Shown here: in pieces, positions 10,911-23,377 of the stretch | How positions within the stretch are numbered: position 1 is the first letter of the stretch | Layout: every line of letters starts with the position of its first letter | Source: Malacoraja senta | Taxonomy: Eukaryota | Reading direction: 5' to 3' | DNA length: 64,000 bases | Assembly (NCBI GenBank): GCA_038087875.1 | Contig: CM075995.1 | Span: 5,458,001-5,522,000, forward strand | Notes under the pieces: model-generated | Seen by the model: only the letters and a program-made list of their open reading frames with translations | What the model was told of the DNA's origin: nothing | The model's database searches: none | Program-made: the position numbers and the translations under genes

Positions 10911-12228
10911 ATCACCAGATTCAAAGGAAAAGCATGAACTCAATTTACAGAAATGTAAGCATTATGCTGTTCAAAGTGCAGCTTCGATTGGGACAACTTC
11001 GTCATCTGATCATGAAAAAAGCAGATCCAAATCAAAACAAAAGAAGAATCCGCGAGAAGAAAGTAGAAAAGAAAAGAAAAGCAGTTCACCATCTAGGAAA
11101 CACGCAGCTTATGCACACATCCCAGGAGAGCAGACGAGTGAATGTAAAAAATGTCAGTCTTCTAAATTTTGCAAGCACTTCTTTAAATGTGAAGTAGATC
11201 TAGAGGTGCTGAAAGCAAAAATAAGTGGGCCTGCATATAAAAGCTTACAAGCTGATTTTCAAGACTTTGTTAGTAAATCATATTTGTTGCAAGAAGCTGA
11301 AGAGGCTTGTAAGAAAGATGCAAGTAAACAATCCGCAGTCGTACCTGCACAGACATCAGACAAACTCACTGCACATGATAAATTTAGACGGCTTCATAAC
11401 GAATTTGAGATTAAAGAACCAACAAAAAAGTCCCCAAAGTTTCAAAGTTTATCTGATTATTTCAATCCAAAGCAAAATTCCACAGATTCAGGAAATGTTC
11501 TAACAAACTTTGAAGAATTGGATAGTTCCATTGATAAATCTCTCCATATGAACTTGCATAAAAAGCCTAACATATCCAAGGAAGAGTTTGATGTGTGGAA
11601 GGTAACCCAATCACCCCTGAAAGCAGTCAAAAATACGGCAAATTTTAATGATGGATCAAAACTTCTGGAATCTGGTTTTTGGGAGAAATGTAACAAAATA
11701 TCGAATTGCTTGCGAGGACTCAGAAAGAAATCCAAAAATTTGGAGCAGATCCAGACTGAAACCAGGATTGCAAGAACAAGTTTTCATTTGACTAATTTCT
11801 CAGAAAAAACTGGTGATTATTTGAAAGCCTTGGAGGTCGAAAAGCCAAGCACATCATTTGAAAAACCAGCAACCTCAGGATCAGTTGACAGAGAATTTAA
11901 ACTGTCTAATAGGCCATCCAGTGATTCTAAAAGCACCAATGTGGTCAAAGAAGAAACTACTAAGCAATCCCCAATCTGTCAAAAAGAAATGTCTTCATTT
12001 TCAACAAGAAACTCTGAAAATGTGGTAACATTGGAAATGGCAATGTATACTAAGAAGTTTCATAGCTTTAAAATTGCAACAACAAAAAATGCTACGGATA
12101 CGATGTCTCAGGCTTCATCTAAAAAGTTATTAACTTCAAGTGGTACTCGGTCTACTGGTAAATCTTCAGACAGTGGTACAAAATCTACCTCACCACCTCA
12201 GGATCTTGTATTGGTCTCACAACAGCTG
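10911..12228 (+). CDS. SWT1: SWT1 large N-terminal exon (1318 nt, phase 2/0), Lys/Ser-rich
   Basis: Inside 462-aa ORF; CTTTACCTAG acceptor; CTG|GTAATG donor; phases fit both neighbours. Confidence 0.8.
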
Positions 12229-12745
12229 GTAATGGAAGTTTCTTTACTTTGCTAAACAGACTAATATTTATTTCTGATTGTATTAGTTTTTAAATTGATA
12301 AAATAATTGTTTGCTTTATTTGTCGTAAACAGAACATTACAGTGATCCTATATACATGCCTGCTTTATTGCGATGAACTGATCTGTTAATTTGATTAGTT
12401 CTTGAATCATCCTGATCAGCAGACTTTGAAACAAAGTTTTAAAATTTAAAGCATTTCTGCAGATGTCCAACTCTCAGAATCATCAAGTAAATTGTGTAAG
12501 ACATTAAAGTTGATAATTTGTTTAGAGCTGCTATATATTGATTTTGACTAGTTATGGAAAAAATTGAATTATAACACAATTGTGTGAGAATGTACTCAAC
12601 AAAATATTCTGAATACGAGCTCAAATTGTAAACGAGATTTCAACCTTAATCTGGCTCATAGTAGATGAACCCCTCCTCTTGGACTCCCCTGAACAGTCTA
12701 AACCCTAACCTCTTTAGACCGCTTCACTTCTAACTGCCGGAGTGA

Positions 12746-12842
12746 AAGTCTGAAGAAGGGTCTTGGCCTGAAACGTCACTTATTCCTTTTCTCCAGAGAT
12801 GCTGCCTCACTCGCTGAGTTATCACAGCTTTTGTGTCTATCT
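12746..12842 (+). mobile_element. Penelope pLTR fragment with hammerhead-like core
   Basis: AAGT-CTGAAGA-A-GGGTCTTGGCCT-GAAA-CG-TC-ACTT followed by the shared pLTR sequence. Confidence 0.7.
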
Positions 12843-13127
12843 TTGCTATATGGCTAGCCTGTCACATAATATTTTTGTTGTAAAATATTCAGCAGGTCAG
12901 TCAGCATCTGTGAATTCATAAACAGTTAATATTTTTGTAAAAAAATGATAAATCACTTAAGCAATAATACCTATTGGGGAGGTCATTGAGCTGAAACTAA
13001 CTTCTTCACTCTTCTTGGGTGCTCTGTCAGACTTAGAGTATTTACTCCTTTGGTTTTTAATTTTGGTAGTTCAGTTTATGCAGTATCTTACTGTGGGGTA
13101 AGCCAATTATGTTTCAATTGCTTTTAG

Positions 13128-13193
13128 GATTCTCGGATAATAAGTACCGTTACCACTTTACCAAATCGTGCTGATATGGATACTGATCAAAAG
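13128..13193 (+). CDS. SWT1: SWT1 coding exon, phase 0/0 (DSRIIS...DMDTDQK)
   Basis: TTTTAG acceptor, AAG|GTGGGT donor; DTDQK|METAE matches recalled SWT1 DADQE|MQIVE. Confidence 0.85.
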
Positions 13194-13904
13194 GTGGGTA
13201 TTGTTTTGTTTTAAGTACATGATATGGCTGGAGGCTTAGTAGGGTTTTGATTAAAAATTAGTGGAATCACTATATTTAAGTATTATTTGATGATTTCAGT
13301 CTCTTACGTGAGCAGATCACTATATTTTGGGCTTGTTGTGTAGAAAATTACCATTGTTAAAATAATCAAAATTTCTTATTTGAAGTCATTTGATAATTTC
13401 TGTATTGATGACCTGGACTGTCATTAATACTAAAGAAAGCTACTATTTTTTCAATATACAATAAGTAGATATATATCTGATAAGTATGATCCATTATGGT
13501 TCAAATTTAATAAAGTAAATTGCTTTCTGATTTTTGTTGGTATGTTTAACAGCTAAAGGAAATAGAGTATTGATATAGTACAAAAGAAAATTATAGGTTG
13601 TATGTACTTAAGGTAAGAAGTCCCAATACAAATTAGGCAGTAACCTTAAACAAATGATCTGTTGTCCAGTATGGTCGAATAGGAGATGTGGCTATGGAAA
13701 CAAATTATTCAACAGCAGCCAAGTACTGGATTTTCTTAACTTGGGTGATTGCACAATCAATCTTGAATTTAAAAGATGTGGTAATGTAAACAATTTTCAG
13801 CAGTTACTTACTTCAGTGATGCAGTTCTTAGCTTTGTGATGTTTTATCTCTCTTTGGCACGGTTAAATATTTTGTCACTCCTTCCAGGCTTTATTATAGA
13901 AACT

Positions 13905-14286
13905 TCCTTATAGAAACTTACAAAATTCTTAAGGGGTTGGACAGGCTAGATGCAGGAAGATTGTTCCCGATGTTCGGGAAGTCCAGGACAAGGGGTCACA
14001 GTTTAAGGATAAAGGGGAAATCCTTTAGGACCGAGATGAGAAAAACATTTTTCACAGAGAGTGGTGAATCTCTGGAACTCTCTGCCACAGAAGGTAGTTG
14101 AGGCCAGTTCATTGGCTATATTTAAGAGGGAGTTAGATGTGGCCCTTGTGGCTAAAGGGGGTATGGAGAGAAGGCAGGTACAGGATACTGAGTTGGATGA
14201 TCAGCCATGATCATATTGAATGGCGGTGCAGGCTCGAAGGGCCGAATGGCCTACTCCTGCACCTATTTTCTATGTTTCTATGTTTA
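13905..14286 (+). mobile_element. CR1 LINE 3' end
   Basis: Near-identical to 20930-21313; TTTCTATG-type tail. Confidence 0.9.
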
Positions 14287-15044
14287 TGGGTGGTTGAGTG
14301 CATTTTGAGATGTTGCTATATGGCTCTGCACTTTTATTATAATTCTGAAATTGCCTGGTCCAGTTAAAACGGTTTGGTCAACAGACCCTCCCAAACACCT
14401 AACCTCTCCCAACCTTGACTTGTCATTTCAACCAAATTTAAATGAGATTATGCGCAAGATAAATCAATATTTAATGCTGTTCTATTTCTGCATTAAAAAG
14501 CTCCATTAAGGTTTATAACTGGCTACAACTTTAAATACATAGTGGAGACAGGCTCCAATCTGCCATTCTGGTATCTACACTCATCTCAATTCTTTGCATT
14601 GTATGCAATCCAGTAAAATTATATTTTACATAAGCATAATCATACCCAAGTGCAAGAGTGCAATGACTAGTTACAGAATAGTAGTTTACACTGAAGCAGT
14701 ACACAAAGTGTTGCCATGTTTACGGCAGAGTTTGTATCTTTCAAGTTTCAAAGTTCTTAAAAAATATTTAGTCTTATCTTGGCCTTAAAGCCCCATTGTT
14801 CTGGCAGTGGCGCTGGGTCGGTGTTGCCAGGGTTGGTTTGGCCAGACGATGCTGTCCATATCCTCGACCAAAAGAAGGTTAAAGAAAGAGGATTAGACAG
14901 CAGATTTCTAAAGGAAATTAAATAAGTTCTTGGAAAAAATAAATGACAGGACTATGTAGATAGAGCAAGGATGCAGGACACAATGGATGCTTCCAATAAA
15001 GAGCTATCATGTGAATGATCCCTATATCAGGTTGAACCCATTTA

Positions 15045-15176
15045 CTGAAGAAGGGTCTCGACCCGAAACGTCGCCCATTCCTTCTCTCCAGAGAATGCTG
15101 CCTGTCCCGCTGAGTTACTCCAGCATTTTGTGTCAACCTTCGATTTAAACCAGCATCTGCAGTTCTTCCCTGCACA
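15045..15176 (+). mobile_element. Penelope pLTR fragment with hammerhead-like core
   Basis: CTGAAGA-A-GGGTC-TC-GACCC-GAAA-CG-TC then pLTR ending CAGCATCTGCAGTTC. Confidence 0.75.
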
Positions 15177-15442
15177 TTGAGTCCCTTTACTATTGAGTCT
15201 ATTTCCAATTCAACTCTTTTCTCAATATGTAGCAATAGCTACTTGGGTTTTTGATTTGACACAAATTTATTAGCAAAGTTTGCAAAAACTTACTGTGAAA
15301 TTAGTGATGATCTGAAGTTACCTAGTAACCCTATTATTACACTTAGAATAGTAATAATGTTCTAAATTCTTTTATGTTTGAAGCTTCATGTATTATTTTT
15401 ATTTAATTTAAATAACGGTGTCCAAGGTAATTATATAAGGCT

Positions 15443-17500
15443 TCAAGTTAAGTCAAGTTTATTGTCATGTACAAATGTGGTGAGGTATAGGTACAATGAA
15501 AATCTTGCTTGAAGCAGCATCACATAGACAAAGACTCGGATACACACAAAAACCTCAATCATACAGAAATCACACATAAATTCTACGTGACAGTGAAAAG
15601 AAATGGACTGTGCAACAACAAAAAAAGTCATTAGTGCAAACGCAATTAGAAAACAAGGGTTATGCATGTCAATTCAAAAAACCTGATGGTTGTAGGGAAG
15701 TAGCTGCTCCTGAAATAGGAGCTGTGCAACTTCAGGCTTCTGTACCTCCTGACCGATGATACAGGTGGTAGAGGTGTTTGGCACGCCATCTTCGTGATTA
15801 CATCTATGTGCTTGGCGCAGGGCATGTCGGCTGAGATGTTAACTCCCAGGAGTCTGAATAGGACATGGGCCGGATAATGGGATCCCTCCCAGATGATAAA
15901 TGCCACCTTTTTGAGGCTGCATCTCATGTCAATGCTTTTCATGATGGGGAGGGTTGTACCCGTGCTGGACTGATCTGAGTCCACCACTTGCTGCAGCTAT
16001 CTTGAGTGCTAACTGTGCTATACCAGTCCGCAATACAACCTATCAAGATACTTTCTACAATGCATCTGTAGAAGCTTGTTAGAATATTCAGTGACAGGCT
16101 AACTCTCCTTAAACTTCTAAGGAAGTAGAGGCATTGGCGTGCTTTATTTGTGATTACATCTGTGAGCTTTACCCAGATTGTCCTGGACATTAATTCCCAG
16201 GAATTTGAAGCTGCCGACTCTCGCCACCACTGACCCACCAATGAAAACTGGCACAGGGTCTCCCGACATCCCCTTTGTGAAGTCAACGTTTAGTTCCATT
16301 GTTTTGTTGGTGTTGAGCAACATTGTTGTTGTGGCACCACTTGTCTCGGTGTTCTGTCTCTCGTACGCTATCACATCTCCTGTAATTTAGCCAACAACTG
16401 TGGTGTTGATGGCTAGTTTTATAGATGGTTTTGCAACTGTGATCAGCCACATAGTCATGGGTATAAAGAAAGTAGAGCAAAGGGGTAAACACACTGCAGT
16501 TCACTAAGCACACAGCCGTGAGGTGCACTTGTGTTAATGGTCAATGAGTTGGAGATGGTGTTACCGATATGCAATGATTTGAGGTCTGCTGATGAGGAAG
16601 TCGAGGATCGAGTTTGAAAGGGAGGTACAGAAGTCCGAGTCTTGTGCTGGGTGATGAATTTGGAAGGGATGATCGTGACGAACGCCGAATTGTATTCGAT
16701 TGTCAGCAGCGTGCTATGTGTTCATGTTATCCAGATGATTCAGAGCAGAATGAAAGCCAGTGGGTTGGCATCTGCTTCTGGCCTGCTGGTGGCAATGAAC
16801 AAATTGAAGCAGATCCAAGTCTTTTCTGAAGCAGGTGCTGATTGCACCTTAATCAGTCACATGAAGCATTCCATTATGGTGGGTGACTACTGGACAGTAG
16901 GCATTGAAGCAATGCACCATGCTCTCCTTGGCACCAGTATGATAGATGCACTTTTGAAGCAGATGGGATTCTCAGTCCATTAAAATGAAAGATTGAAGGT
17001 GCCCTTAAATACTCCAGCCATTTGGCCCGCACAGGTCTTCAGCACTGAGCTAGGTATGACAGTTGGGCCAGACATTTTGTATGGATTTACCCTCTTGAAG
17101 GATGCACTGATGTCAGCCTCCGTGAATGAGATTACAAGGTTGTTGGGCTGTGGGGACTTGGATAGCTGTGTCATTGTTCTCCCTTTCAAAGCATGCATAA
17201 GGGGCATTGAGCTCATCTGGAAATATTGCACCATTGCCACTTACGCTACATAGTTTCACTGTCACACGTGGGTCTGTGACTCTGGCTCAGTCCAAAATTC
17301 TCTCTTCGTGCTCCCAATGTCCTTCAGGAGATTGCACCGAGACATCTTGTATGAATCTGGATCGTCAGTCCTAAATGGCCCTAATCAGATTACAAATGTT
17401 CTAGTTGGGGAAGACTTAAAATGTTTTTGTAGGTACATATTCATGCATGATCATTGATGATGGTGGCATATTCATTCGAGTCAGGACAGTTGTCACCAGT
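15443..17500 (-). mobile_element. Degraded Rex1/Babar LINE
   Basis: Fragments KRVNPYKMSGP..LKTCAGQMAGVF..FNLS, VGSFKFLGI, KARQCLYFLRSLR, FYRCIVESIL; tail CATGACAATAAACTTGACTT. Confidence 0.85.
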
Positions 17501-17962
17501 GCAAAATTGCATCATAAACTAAGTACTATGAGATCATTTGTAAAAATCAGTTCTCTGAAAATTAAATTTGTCTGATTTTAAAATTGTAAATTCAATTTTA
17601 GTTTAGAAGAAAGTAAATGTTAATTTAACAAAGCATATAGATCCATGTGAAAGGGTAAAAACTTGCAATTTGGGAGCTGCATAATTTAAAATTATTCTTG
17701 AAGAATTTCCTATATCACACCAAATGAAAAGTAATATAAGTCAGCGGTTCTATTCAGGGTGCCTTGGAAATGTTTGTCTCATCTGGGGCTTCTCAAAAGG
17801 AAAAGGTCTTCAGTTGTGATGTATGGCCATCTTTTTCATAATGGACATCAAGATAAATTGATTAAGATTATATTTGTTCAAAAAATAATCCTAGGAGGTA
17901 AGTTCACCAGTTTTCATCAATTCGTGTGAAGATTTTTTTGGAATCACTAATCTTTAATTCCC

Positions 17963-18153
17963 AGTCTGTGTTGGAAAGAACTGCAGATGTTGGTTTAAAT
18001 CGAAGGTAGACACAAAATGCTGGAGTAACTCAGCAGGACAGGCAGCATCTCTGGAGAGAAGGAATGGGTGACGTTTCGGGTCGGATCTGAAGAAGGGTCT
18101 CCAGAGATGCTGCCTGTCCTGCTCAGTTACTCCAGCATTTTGTGTCTACCTTC
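17963..18153. mobile_element. Short palindromic Penelope-derived element
   Basis: Inverted pLTR arms; 14-bp TSD AATCTTTAATTCCC (17949-17962, 18154-18167). Confidence 0.8.
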
Positions 18154-18349
18154 AATCTTTAATTCCCTTTGCTTATTTCCTGAAATGTGAGAAATTAACA
18201 CTCAAAATCATTCATGCTTCCTTTGTTTTGATTTTAAACTGCATTTTCATCTTCTGTGATTCTGGTAACCATTCTAATGCAAACTTATTTGGTTGTTCAG
18301 TCTTTTTTAAATGGGTCAATATGCTTGTGAAGTAAAAACACACACCGAT

Positions 18350-18638
18350 TAGACAATAGACAATAGGTGCAGGAGTAGGCCATTTGGCCCTTTGAGCCAG
18401 CACCGCCATTCAATGTGATCATGGCTGATTATTCCCAATCAGTACCCCGTTCCTGCCTTCTCCCCATATCCCCTGACACTGCTATTTTTAAGAGCCCTAT
18501 CTAGCTCTCTCTTGAAAGCATCCAGAGAACCAGCCTCCACCGCCCTCTGAGGCAGAGAATTCCACAGACTCACCATTCTCTGTGAGGAAAAAGTGTTTCC
18601 TCATCTCTGTTCTAAATGGCTTACTCCTTATTCTTAAA
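18350..18638 (-). mobile_element. CR1 LINE 3' end
   Basis: (TAGACAA)n tail and CR1 3' UTR on minus strand. Confidence 0.85.
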
Positions 18639-19069
18639 TGATTATACAAAGTCTGTTTAAAGCACTATTTTATTGTGTGTAACTAAAATGTTCAGAGCCA
18701 TATTTAAATTTACCTTCCCCCTTAATTTCTCTCATAAATTTTTTAAGTAAATGGAAAACAAGTCGTGCAGGAAAAAAATGTATACATAATTGAAACTCCT
18801 TTTAATATTTTGATTTTAAGGAAGTATATTTAGATGTATGTGTCATCTAAAATATCAGATTATAATATCTCATGGGTTTCTCACCAATAATTCTTATTTT
18901 GGATATATGCTATCAACCTCTATTTAAATTTTTTTTTAAGTAACAAAAACACCCATCATTTCATGTTTTAATAACTGAATTCCTGTCCAAATGTCACATG
19001 TTTGTCATTTTCATATGAATTTAGCCCGATCCATGTGCAACACTAAAATAATTAGATTTTCCTTTAAAG

Positions 19070-19196
19070 ATGGAGACAGCGGAAGCGCTACAAACAGCTC
19101 GGCATGAAAAGGTCTTGGAGGTGGAACTGGGGCAGAGCTATGGGGAACTGACGAGCATGGAGATAGACCCACCACAGGAAGTAAAAATATCCTTGT
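19070..19196 (+). CDS. SWT1: SWT1 coding exon, phase 0/1 (METAEALQTAR...GELTSMEID)
   Basis: AAG acceptor, T|GTGAGT donor; GELxSMEID motif recalled from SWT1. Confidence 0.9.
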
Positions 19197-19409
19197 GTGA
19201 GTTATATTTTCAATTAATTATTTTTCCATCTCTACCCTTATCCACCTTTTTCTGGAATTATGTTTGTATTGAAGACCATTCTCCTTCTAAATAACCTTTC
19301 ATTCTAAATTCCCCATAAAATAAAAGACATCCTCATACTAATTGACTGGGCTTTTTGTAGTATTTCTGAGCCTACAGTCATGTTGATCCTCATTGCACTG
19401 AAAGCAGTA

Positions 19410-21313
19410 GAACAGGGAAGGGAAAATAGATTATGAAAGAAAACTGGCAGGGAACATAAAAACTGACTGCAAGGGTTTTTATAGATATGTCAAGAGAAAA
19501 AGATTAGTTAAAACAAATGTAGCCCTTGCAGTTAGAAACAGGTGAACTGATCATGGGAAACAAGGACATGGCAGACCAATTGAATAACTACTTTGGTTCT
19601 GTCTTCACGAAGGAAGACTTAATTAATCTGCCGGAAATAGCAGGGGACCGGGGGTCAAATGAGATGGAGGAACTGAGGGAAATCCAGGTTAGCCGGGAAG
19701 TGGTGTTAGGTAAATTGAATGGATTAAAGGCCGATAAATCCCCAGGGCCAGATAGGCTGCATCCCAGAGTACTTAAGGAAGTAGCCCCAGAAATAGTGGA
19801 TGCATTAGTGATAATTTTTCAAAACTCTTTAGATTCTGGAGTAGTTCCTGATGATTGGAGGGTAGCTAATGTAACCCCACTTTTAAAAAAGGGAGGGAGA
19901 GAGTAAACGGGGAATTACAGACCAGTTAGTCTAACATCGGTAGTGGGGAAACTGCTAGAGTCAGTTATTAAAGATGGGATAGCAACACATTTGGAAAATG
20001 GTGTAATCATTGGACAAAGTCAGCATGGATTTATGAAAGGTAAATCATGTCTGACGAATCTTATAGAATTTTTCGAGGATGTAACTAGTAGAGTGGATAA
20101 GGGAGAACCAGTGGATGTGTTATATCTGGACTTTCAGAAGGCTTTCGACAAGGTCCCACATAAGAGATTAATATACAAACTTAAAGCACACGGTATTGGG
20201 GGTTCAGTATTGATGTGTATAGAGAACTGGCTGGCAGACAGGAAGCAAAGAGTAGGAGTAAACGGGTCCTTTTCAGAATGGCAGGCAGTGACTAGTGGGG
20301 TACCGCAAGGCTCAGTGCTGGGACCTCCGCTATTTGCAATATATATTAATGATCTGGACGAGGGAATTGAATGCAACATCTCCAAGTTTGCGGATGACAC
20401 GAAGCTGGGGGGCAGTGTTAGCTGTGAGGAGGGTGCTAGGAGGCTGCAAGATGACTTGGATAGGCTGGGTGAGTGGGCAAATGCATGGCAGATGCAGTAT
20501 AATGTGGATAAATGTGAGGTTATCCACTTTGGTGGCAAAAACAGGAAAGTAGACTATTACATGAATGGTGGCCGATTAGGAAAAGGGGAGATGCAACGAG
20601 ACCTGGGTGTCATGGTACACCAGTCATTGAAAGTGGGCATGCAGGTGCAGCAGGCAGTGAAGAAAGCGAATGGTATGTTAGCATTCATAGCAAAAGGATT
20701 TGAGTATAGGAGCAGGGAGGTTCTACTGCAGTTGTACAGGGTCTTGGTGAGACCACACCTGGAGTATTGCGTACAGTTTTGGTCTCCTAATCTGAGGAAG
20801 GACATTTTGCCATTGAGGGAGTACAGAGAAGGTTCACCAGACTGATTCCTGGGATGTCAGGACTTTCATATGAGGAAAGACTGGATAGACTCGGCTTGTA
20901 CTCGCTGGAATTTAGAAGACTGAGGGGGGATCTTAAAGAAACTTACAAAATTCTTAAGGGGTTGGACAGGCTAGATGCAGGAAGATTGTTCCCGATGTTG
21001 GGGGAGTCCAGAACAAGGGGTCACAGTTTAAGGATAAAGTGGAAATCTTTTAGGACTGAGATGAGAAAAACATTTTTTACACGGGTAGTGGTGAATCTCT
21101 GGAATTCTCTGCCACAGAATGTAGTTGAGGCCAGTTCATTGGCTATATTTAAGAGGGAGTTAGATGTGGCCCTTGTGGCTAAAGGGATCAGGGGTATGGA
21201 GAGAAAGCAGGTACAGGATACTGAGTTGGATGATCAGCCATGATCATATTGAATGGCGGTGCAGGCTCGAAGGGCCGAATGGCCTACTCCTGCACCTATT
21301 TTGTATGTTTCTA
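19410..21313 (+). mobile_element. CR1 LINE, 5'-truncated, RT domain largely intact
   Basis: ORFs with [29 protein letters not shown]; intact 3' UTR. Confidence 0.95.
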
Positions 21314-21474
21314 ACATCTCTTGCGATTTGCTTTCCTGGATGAAATTTGCTATTGGAGCAGATCATCTCGATTGGGTGTCAACAAGACCATTCAAGAAAT
21401 TATGCTCACTAGGTTAATCTTTTTTTTACTGGAGTCTCATAGTCCCAGTTTCTGGTGTTTACTTGTATCCCCAA

Positions 21475-21823
21475 TGACAGATGGCGCAATGGGCTAAGTG
21501 TTCGGCTGGCAACCGGAAGGTAGCCGGTTCGAATCCCGCTTGGAGTGCATACTGTCGTTGTGTCCTTGGGCAAGACACTTCACCCACCTTTGCCTGCGTG
21601 TGAATGTGTGTGAATGCGTGTGAGTGATTGGTGGTGGTCGGAGGGGCCGTAGGCGCAGATTAGCAGCCACGCTTCCGTCAGTCTTCCCCAGGGCAGCTGT
21701 GGCTACAGAAGTAGCTCACCACCACCGAGTGTGACTGAGGAGTGAATGAATAATGCGATGTAAAGCGCCTTGGGTATTAGAAAGGCGCTATATAAATCCA
21801 ATCCATTATTATTATTATTATTA
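21475..21823 (+). mobile_element. tRNA-derived CORE-type SINE (AFC-like) with L2-type tail
   Basis: A box TGGCGCAATGGG at 21482, B box GGTTCGAATCC at 21526, GTGTCCTTGGGCAAGACACTT core, TGTAAAGCGCCTT..AAAGGCGCTATATAAA, (TTA)n. Confidence 0.85.
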
Positions 21824-22111
21824 ATTGAAAAGTCCGTTCCAAATTAGAGGTTTGCATTTTTTTTTAGATTATCATATCAGGCCTATGCTTGATAAAGTGC
21901 TCACTTTGAATGGGACTTCATTCCATGCTGGCTGTTTGCAGGGCAGTGGTTAGTTCTTCTCAAGATGTATAATCTTAGAGAATATTTATTTTTTTAAAGC
22001 AAAATGAGAACTGAAATATTATGTGCATGCTGCAATTGTTCGGATTTACAATTGTCTCAGATACAATACCTAATTTTAATTTATTTTTAAATCATGTTTT
22101 TGATTATCCAG

Positions 22112-22213
22112 CTGAAGTAATTTCCCAGCCTGACATTCTCCTTGTGCTTGACACCAACATCTTTATCAGTCACCTTAACTTTATTGTTAATTTGAAGGAC
22201 CATGGAGTATCAG
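22112..22213 (+). CDS. SWT1: SWT1 exon, PIN domain start (ILLVLDTNIFISHL), phase 1/1
   Basis: CAG acceptor, G|GTTAGT donor; DTN motif. Confidence 0.95.
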
Positions 22214-22431
22214 GTTAGTAAATACTAATTCTTAGTGAAAATGTATGAAAATAAAACCTGGTGTCTGGTATTTTACAGCAATGGAAATGTAAATCTTTTG
22301 TTAAGATTAAGGAATTCTTGAGCTGAAGCATCAACATTAGATCTGTTTTTATTTAAAGGCATTTATGTAGATTTCCCGGGAAAAGTAAATGGTTAGTGCA
22401 ATTTGGAATTTTCATGCAGGCTTTCATCAAA

Positions 22432-22932
22432 GAAACATAGAAAATAGGTGCAGGAGGAGGCTATTCAGCCCTTTGAGCCAGCACCGTCATTCATTGCGAT
22501 CATGGTTGATCGTCCCCAATCAATAACCCGTGCCTGCCTTCTCCCCATATCCCTTGATTCCACTAGCCCCTAGAGCTCTATTTAACTCTCTCTTAAATCC
22601 ATCCAGTGATTTGGCCTCCACTGCCCTCTGTGGCAGGGAATTCCACAAATTCACAACTCGCTGGGTGAAAAAGTTTTTTCTCGCCTCAGTCTTAAATGGC
22701 CTCCCCTTTATTCTAAGACAGTGACTCCTGGTTCTGGACTCGCCCAACATTGGGAACATTTTTCCTGCATCTAGCTTGTCCAGTCCTTTTATAATTTTAT
22801 ATGTTTCTATAAGATATCCCCTCATCCTTCTAAACTCCAGTGAATACAAGCCTAGTCTTTTCAATCTTTCCTCATATGACAGTCCCGCCATCCCAGGGAT
22901 CAATCTCGTGAGCCTACACTGCACTGCCTCAA
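22432..22932 (-). mobile_element. CR1 LINE 3' end
   Basis: ORF 22520-22951 is a CR1 ORF2 C-terminus; ATCAAAG on both flanks. Confidence 0.9.
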
Positions 22933-23377
22933 TCAAAGGTAGATGATACAATTACGTAATTTTAATTAATTTTAACATCTATATAATTAAAAGTCTCATC
23001 TTGACCACTTCCTGTCTGCTGTATATTGATTTTAGAAAAAAACGCTATCCTGTATCGCTGTGATTTTTGGCCATTTTTACTCAGTCCTCCTCCGCTGAGC
23101 AGGCCCCGAGGATTTTTCCCATCGATGAAAAATAAGAGTTATGAGTGTTAAAAAAAAAAACCTTGAGATCCGCTGATTGGTCCTCTTGCTTGTCAATCAC
23201 TGCGATGAAGGTAACTCCCCTTCCTGGGGTGGTAGGATTATAAAACCCCGGATGCCTGGACGTGAGTCAGTTACTGTGCAAGATTGCAAGGGAGAGGCCA
23301 CGATTGTCATTCTAAGCTTTGAATCAACTGAACCGTGAGTCTGCAATGTATTTGCAATAAATGATTTGTAGCCCTTA

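Noticed and set aside
21475..21545. tRNA-like fold with GGC anticodon loop
   Set aside because: No proper acceptor stem or terminator; runs into a SINE body and tail
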